DNA from: a bacterium
GTDB lineage: Bacteria > UBA8248
Assembly (NCBI GenBank): GCA_963692865.2
Contig: OY843592.1
Coordinates: forward strand, 2,368,001 to 2,432,000
Length of the DNA: 64,000 nt
Reading direction: 5' to 3'
Under the pieces are notes generated by a model. The model ran no database searches, had not been told where the DNA came from, and saw nothing but the letters and a program-made list of their open reading frames with translations. Both the position numbers and the translations under genes were made by a program. Each line of letters opens with the position of its first letter. Within the stretch, counting starts at the first letter, position 1. Positions 59,762-64,000 of the stretch are shown here, one piece after another.

Positions 59762-59809
59762 GCATCGCCGGTATCTTCCATCCCACCGAAAAACGCTGGG
59801 TCACATGCG

Positions 59810-60472
59810 TCACGACGATTCTCCGATGAACTTGTACCCGACCCCCCGCACCGTGGATATGAACGAATACCCTTTGACCTCGATTTTCGCGCGGATGCGG
59901 CGAACGTGAACGTCGACCGTCCGCGGACCTCCGAGATAGTCAATCCCCCAGACGAGGTTCAAAAGCTGTTCCCTGTCAAAGACGCGCTCGGGGTTGTTGA
60001 TGAGATGCTTCAAAAGCTCGAATTCGCGGTACGTCAGATCGATCAACTCGCCGTCAAGCCTGATCTCGTAGCGGTTCTCATCCAGCGTCAGACCCTTGCT
60101 CTTGAGGGTGCGCCCCCCCTCGGAATCCTGTTCCGAGCGATTGCACAGATTGCGGACGCGATACAAAAGCTCTTCCTCCCGGACGGGTTTTACGAGAACG
60201 TCATCGGCTTCGGTGGGCGCGCGAACGACGGCGAGGCGGTCCGGCTCTAAAAGCAGGAGAATCGGAAGCGTGGTCCAGTTTCTCATTTCTTCCACTCTTG
60301 GGAGTGCCGGGGCGTCATCGAGCAATATAAGGGCCAGACCCCTGGCGCGCACTTCCTGTAATGCCGTGGTCTCGTCCTGCACCATCTTGCAGAAATGGCC
60401 CTCGCGTCTCAGGGCGCGCCCGAGTGCGTCCGCGAATCCGTTGTCCGCCGTGTAAATCAATAAATTCGCCAA
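59810..60472 (-). CDS. OmpR/PhoB-family regulator with atypical receiver (GlnR-like)
   Basis: wHTH motifs LTYREFELL, RVFDREQLL..VWG.DY.GG.RTVDVHVRRIR.K and TVRGVGY. The receiver is degenerate and there is no adjacent kinase. Confidence 0.85.
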   Translation of the reverse strand: MANLLIYTADNGFADALGRALRREGHFCKMVQDETTALQEVRARGLALILLDDAPALPRVEEMRNWTTLPILLLLEPDRLAVVRAPTEADDVLVKPVREEELLYRVRNLCNRSEQDSEGGRTLKSKGLTLDENRYEIRLDGELIDLTYREFELLKHLINNPERVFDREQLLNLVWGIDYLGGPRTVDVHVRRIRAKIEVKGYSFISTVRGVGYKFIGESS

Positions 60473-60552
60473 TTCCGTTCCCCGTCCGCAAAACAGAACA
60501 ATAAAGGTGCAATTTATACAATCAGGGGGCGTACGAAGGAAAGAGGGGTAGT

Positions 60553-61818
60553 TTATATGCGCGTGATCTTGTTCGTCATGTCGATCAGGCTGTCGAGATT
60601 GTGAGCGGCCAGGAATTCGTCGCAATAGGGCAGGGCCGTTCTCATTCCTCTATCGATGGGGCGGTAGCCGGGGCTGCCCAGCAAGGGATTGAGCCAGAAG
60701 AGTTTGTAGCAGATTTTCTTGAGACGGTTCATTTCCTCCGCCAGCGTGTCCGTGTCGCCCCGGTCCCAGCCGTCCGATATGATGATGACGATGGTGCGGC
60801 TGTTCAGGATGGTTCTTCCGTACTCATAGTTAAAAGTCTTGAGGCAATTGCCGATCTGCGTGCCGCCGCTCCAGTCGTGCACTTCCATGGAGAGGCGCTT
60901 GAGGGCGGTGTTCACGTCCTTATGCCGCAGATACGGCGTGGCGTCTGAAAGACGCGTACTGAAGACGAACGTGCGCAGGGATTTGATCTCGTTCTGCAGG
61001 CTGTAGAGAAACTGAATCAGGAACTGGCTGTAACTGTCCATCGACCCTGATACGTCGCAGATGAGCACGATCTGGGTTTTTTGTATCTTTCTCCTCCGGC
61101 GGAAGAGTTTCAGCACCTCGCCGCCCGAGCGGACGCTTTTCTTGACGCTTCGCCTCATGTCGATTTCAGGGGAGCGCATGTCGGGCCGTTTGCGGCGGCT
61201 GATCTTGGTGGCGAGTTTGGGGACGAGCTTCGCGATGAGACGCCTGAGTTCGGCGACCTGGTCCATGTTCAGCGAAGAAAAATCCTTGTCCGATATGACT
61301 TCGGCGGGGCTGTAGGAGGGCACGCCTTCGTCGTCGTCTCCCTGCTCGCCGGGTTCTGCGGCGCTTTCCACGTCGTCTTCCGACGGGAGCCCCGGGTTTT
61401 CCTGTCCTTCGCCCTCGGCGTCGGATTCACCTTCTTCCGAAGAGCCGCCCCCTTCGCTGGCCTGCCCTTCGCCTTCTTCTTCGAACTGTGTATCGACCTG
61501 CACCGACTCGTCGCCCGTGTAGGGATTCCCCTCCTCGTCGAACCAGTATTGCCGGAACACGGCGTCGAAGACCATGCTCTCGTCCTGGCTCGATATGAGG
61601 TTCGACTTGCTGGCGATGTAGATGTTGTCGAGATTCGTGGCTTCGAGCGAATCGAAGCAGCGGAATACGTCTATGATGCGTCCCGAAGTGATTTTGAGGC
61701 CCGCGCGCCTGAGGATGCGGCAAAAGCCGATCATCTCGCCTTTGAGGCCCCGTCCCTTAATGCGGATCCTGCGTTTGGGAAGCGTGCCCTGGACGATGGG
61801 ACGAATGGAGGTCGCCAT
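60553..61818 (-). CDS. coxE: CoxE-like vWA domain protein
   Basis: CDVSGSM..YS, FVFSTRL, WSGGTQIG, ISDGWDRG, WLNPL. Confidence 0.9.
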   Translation of the reverse strand: MATSIRPIVQGTLPKRRIRIKGRGLKGEMIGFCRILRRAGLKITSGRIIDVFRCFDSLEATNLDNIYIASKSNLISSQDESMVFDAVFRQYWFDEEGNPYTGDESVQVDTQFEEEGEGQASEGGGSSEEGESDAEGEGQENPGLPSEDDVESAAEPGEQGDDDEGVPSYSPAEVISDKDFSSLNMDQVAELRRLIAKLVPKLATKISRRKRPDMRSPEIDMRRSVKKSVRSGGEVLKLFRRRRKIQKTQIVLICDVSGSMDSYSQFLIQFLYSLQNEIKSLRTFVFSTRLSDATPYLRHKDVNTALKRLSMEVHDWSGGTQIGNCLKTFNYEYGRTILNSRTIVIIISDGWDRGDTDTLAEEMNRLKKICYKLFWLNPLLGSPGYRPIDRGMRTALPYCDEFLAAHNLDSLIDMTNKITRI

Positions 61819-61830
61819 GAAATTCCCGGA

Positions 61831-62781
61831 TCAGGCGTCGGGCGAGAGTTGCGCCGTCGCTACCATGCCGTCGAGGCCGTCGTTCTCTACGCGTTTGATG
61901 TCGTCCTGGTATTTCAGTATGCAGCCTATGGTCTCTCGCACGGCGTCGGCGTCGAGCTCGTTGCGGTGCAACGCGAGAAGGGCCTGCGCCCAGTCGAGCG
62001 ATTCGGCCACGCCGGGGCGCTTGTAGAAATCCATCTGCCTCGCCTGGGTCATGAAGCGCGAGATTTGCTCCGCCAGCCTCTCGCTGACCCCGGGCACCTT
62101 CGTCGTGATGATTTCCACCTCTTTCTCGAAGGAAGGGTAGTCGACCCACAGATAGAGACAACGACGCTTGAGAGCGTCGTGAATTTCGCGCGTCCGGTTG
62201 CTGGTGAGCACCACGAGAGGCTTGCTGGCCGCCTGGACGGTTCCCATCTCGGGAATCGTTATCTGGTAGTCGGAGAGGATTTCGAGCAGGAACGCCTCGA
62301 ACTCCTCATCCGAGCGGTCGATTTCGTCGATGAGCAGGACCACCGGCTTCTCCTTCGAGCGCAAAAGCGCGCGGAGCAGGGGCCGTTCTATGAGGTATTC
62401 CTCACTGAAGATATCCCGCTCGATTTCCTTCGCGTCCGAATCCCGGCCTTCTTCCATCTTGATGTGGAGGAGTTGTTTCGCGTAGTTCCACTCGTAGAGC
62501 GCCGAGTTCGCGTCGAGACCCTCGTAGCATTGCAGTCGGATGAGTTCCGTACCTATCGCGCTGGCGAGCACCTTGGCGAGTTCCGTCTTGCCGACGCCCG
62601 CTTCACCTTCGAGGAAAAGAGGTTTCTCCAGTTTCGTGGCCAGGAAGAGGGTGGTCGCCAGGGTTCTGTCGGAGATGTAGTCGAGCTTTCGGAACGACTC
62701 CTGAACGTCTTCGACGTTCGTGAATCCCTGCTCGGAGCCTTTTTTCTTCTTGGTGGAATTCGATGAGGCGGTCACGGTCAT
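61831..62781 (-). CDS. coxD: CoxD-like MoxR AAA+ ATPase
   Basis: EGEAGVGKT, RLQCYEGLD, YEWNY.KQ, LIDEIDRSDEEFEAFLLE, HDALKRRC. Confidence 0.9.
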   Translation of the reverse strand: MTVTASSNSTKKKKGSEQGFTNVEDVQESFRKLDYISDRTLATTLFLATKLEKPLFLEGEAGVGKTELAKVLASAIGTELIRLQCYEGLDANSALYEWNYAKQLLHIKMEEGRDSDAKEIERDIFSEEYLIERPLLRALLRSKEKPVVLLIDEIDRSDEEFEAFLLEILSDYQITIPEMGTVQAASKPLVVLTSNRTREIHDALKRRCLYLWVDYPSFEKEVEIITTKVPGVSERLAEQISRFMTQARQMDFYKRPGVAESLDWAQALLALHRNELDADAVRETIGCILKYQDDIKRVENDGLDGMVATAQLSPDA

Positions 62782-63332
62782 TTACCTTTTCCTTTCTTCG
62801 AGGAAAGTTCTCCAGCCGCGGCCTCGATAGCGTCGATAATCTTCACGTAGCCGGTGCAACGGCAAAGATTGCCCGCGATGCCAGCCTTGATTTCGTGTCG
62901 GCTGGGGTTCGGGTTGTTGTCGAGCAATTCTTTCGCGGCGACGATCATACCGGGGGTGCAGAAACCGCACTGAATGGCGCCGTGCTCGATGAATTTCACT
63001 TGTATCGGATGGAGGTTGTCCACCGTTCCAATGCCCTTGACGGTGGTGATCTCACGCCCTTGCGCCTGAACGCCGAGCGCGCAGCATGCGTTCATCGCCA
63101 GACCATCCAGAAGAATCGTACATGCGCCGCAATCGCCCGCCTCGCAGCCGTTCTTCACTTCGGTGAAACCCAGGTCGCGCAGCAGATACAGCAGACTGGT
63201 GTGCGCGGGCGCTTCGGCGTTGACTTCCTGTCCGTTCACCGAGAAGGAAATGGGCAGCTTCTTGGGCGGCACGTATGCGGGTGCGCTCGATTTTCCGGTT
63301 CGTTTGGATTTGCTCGCTGTAGCCATCTTCAA
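62778..63332 (-). CDS. 2Fe-2S binding subunit, CoxS/CutS-like
   Basis: GCEAGDCGACT, QCGFCTPG, GNLCRCTGY. Confidence 0.93.
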   Translation of the reverse strand: MKMATASKSKRTGKSSAPAYVPPKKLPISFSVNGQEVNAEAPAHTSLLYLLRDLGFTEVKNGCEAGDCGACTILLDGLAMNACCALGVQAQGREITTVKGIGTVDNLHPIQVKFIEHGAIQCGFCTPGMIVAAKELLDNNPNPSRHEIKAGIAGNLCRCTGYVKIIDAIEAAAGELSSKKGKGK

Positions 63333-63371
63333 GTGTTCTCCAATGAAATACTCAAGAGACGATGAAGTCTT

Positions 63372-64000
63372 TTATTCGTTGTCCTGTGAAATATCCAGCG
63401 CCTGGCAAATGAGGCGGCGCGGCAAGACCTCGCACATCAGTTTGCGGTACTCAGCCGATGCGCGGATGTCGTCAATCGGCGTCGCCACGGCGGCGCAGGC
63501 CTCAGCGGCCTTCTGGGCCAGTTCTATGTCCACTGCGTTGCCTTCTAGGATTTTCTCGGCTTCATAACAGCGGATTGGAGCCGCCGTAACGGAGCCCAGC
63601 GAAATTCCCGCTTCCTCCACCTTCTTGCGTCTCATCTTCAGCACGACCGCCACGCCCACCACGGTGATGGCCATGGCGTTTCGGCGGGCCAGCTTGTAAT
63701 AGCCCCATTTGTGGCTCCTGCCGGGGGAGGGGAAGGTCACGGCGGTTATCAACTCATTGGACCGGATGGCCGTCTGGCGATATCCGGTGAGGAATTTATC
63801 GAGGTCGACCGTCCGCCTGCCTTTTTCGCTCGCGAGCCTCACCTTGGCCTTCAAGGCGAGCAGGGGAGGAACGGCGTCCGCCGCAGGGCCGCCGTCGATG
63901 ATGTTGCCGGCCACCGTGGCGCGGTTGCGAATGATAGGCCCTGCGAATTTTTCCGACATCGCCGCCAGAATGGGCGCTTCTTTCAAGATGATCTTGTCGG
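63372..64000 (-). CDS. FAD-binding subunit, CoxM/CutM-like, 5'-truncated by the window edge
   Basis: IRNRATVAGNI, KLARRNAMA, PIDDIRASAEYR. Confidence 0.9.
   Translation of the reverse strand, partial: DKIILKEAPILAAMSEKFAGPIIRNRATVAGNIIDGGPAADAVPPLLALKAKVRLASEKGRRTVDLDKFLTGYRQTAIRSNELITAVTFPSPGRSHKWGYYKLARRNAMAITVVGVAVVLKMRRKKVEEAGISLGSVTAAPIRCYEAEKILEGNAVDIELAQKAAEACAAVATPIDDIRASAEYRKLMCEVLPRRLICQALDISQDNE

Noticed and set aside
60553-64000. Call of a true aerobic CO dehydrogenase from the coxM/S/D/E-like genes
   Set aside because: The diagnostic large subunit with AYxCSFR is not in the window, and these genes also accompany other Mo hydroxylases.

Overview
This is a GC-rich bacterial chromosomal window. 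The outer-membrane porin implies a diderm cell; taxonomy cannot be fixed from the sequence alone. Gene order from left to right: (1) a DUF4175 / TPR-gluzincin / MoxR / DUF58 / BatA-vWA cluster; (2) a catabolic region with a Tm-1-like gene pair, an orphan SdhA/NadB-like flavoprotein, UbiX, split FdrA, an amidase with a small GatC/AtzG-like partner, a VOC protein and a TAXI-TRAP transporter; (3) SDR, LLM and cupin genes, a low-GC DUF5677-like insert, a rhodanese and a xanthine-dehydrogenase-family Mo enzyme; (4) a porin, plsC, a ClC transporter, pyrDK and ccsA-hemACDB; (5) thiolase, enoyl-CoA hydratase, acyl-CoA dehydrogenase, meaB, cutA, glnA with a GlnR-like regulator, and a coxM/S/D/E-like cluster cut by the window end. 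The strongest hidden signals are four. First, the rhodanese has an in-frame TGA at its catalytic Cys followed by a SECIS-like hairpin, so it is a probable selenoprotein that the ORF track splits. Second, a 1.54-kb islet is bounded by a 208-bp duplication of the thiolase 3' end; in it an MNT-HEPN pair survives between the apparent eroded ends of a type III mod/res system. Third, four nested intergenic repeat cassettes combine IS-like terminal motifs with several palindrome families. Fourth, the Tm-1/FdrA/UbiX/amidase region looks like an uncharacterised pathway. No rRNA, tRNA, CRISPR array or intact transposase/integrase was seen. All family calls come from motif recognition, not database searches.
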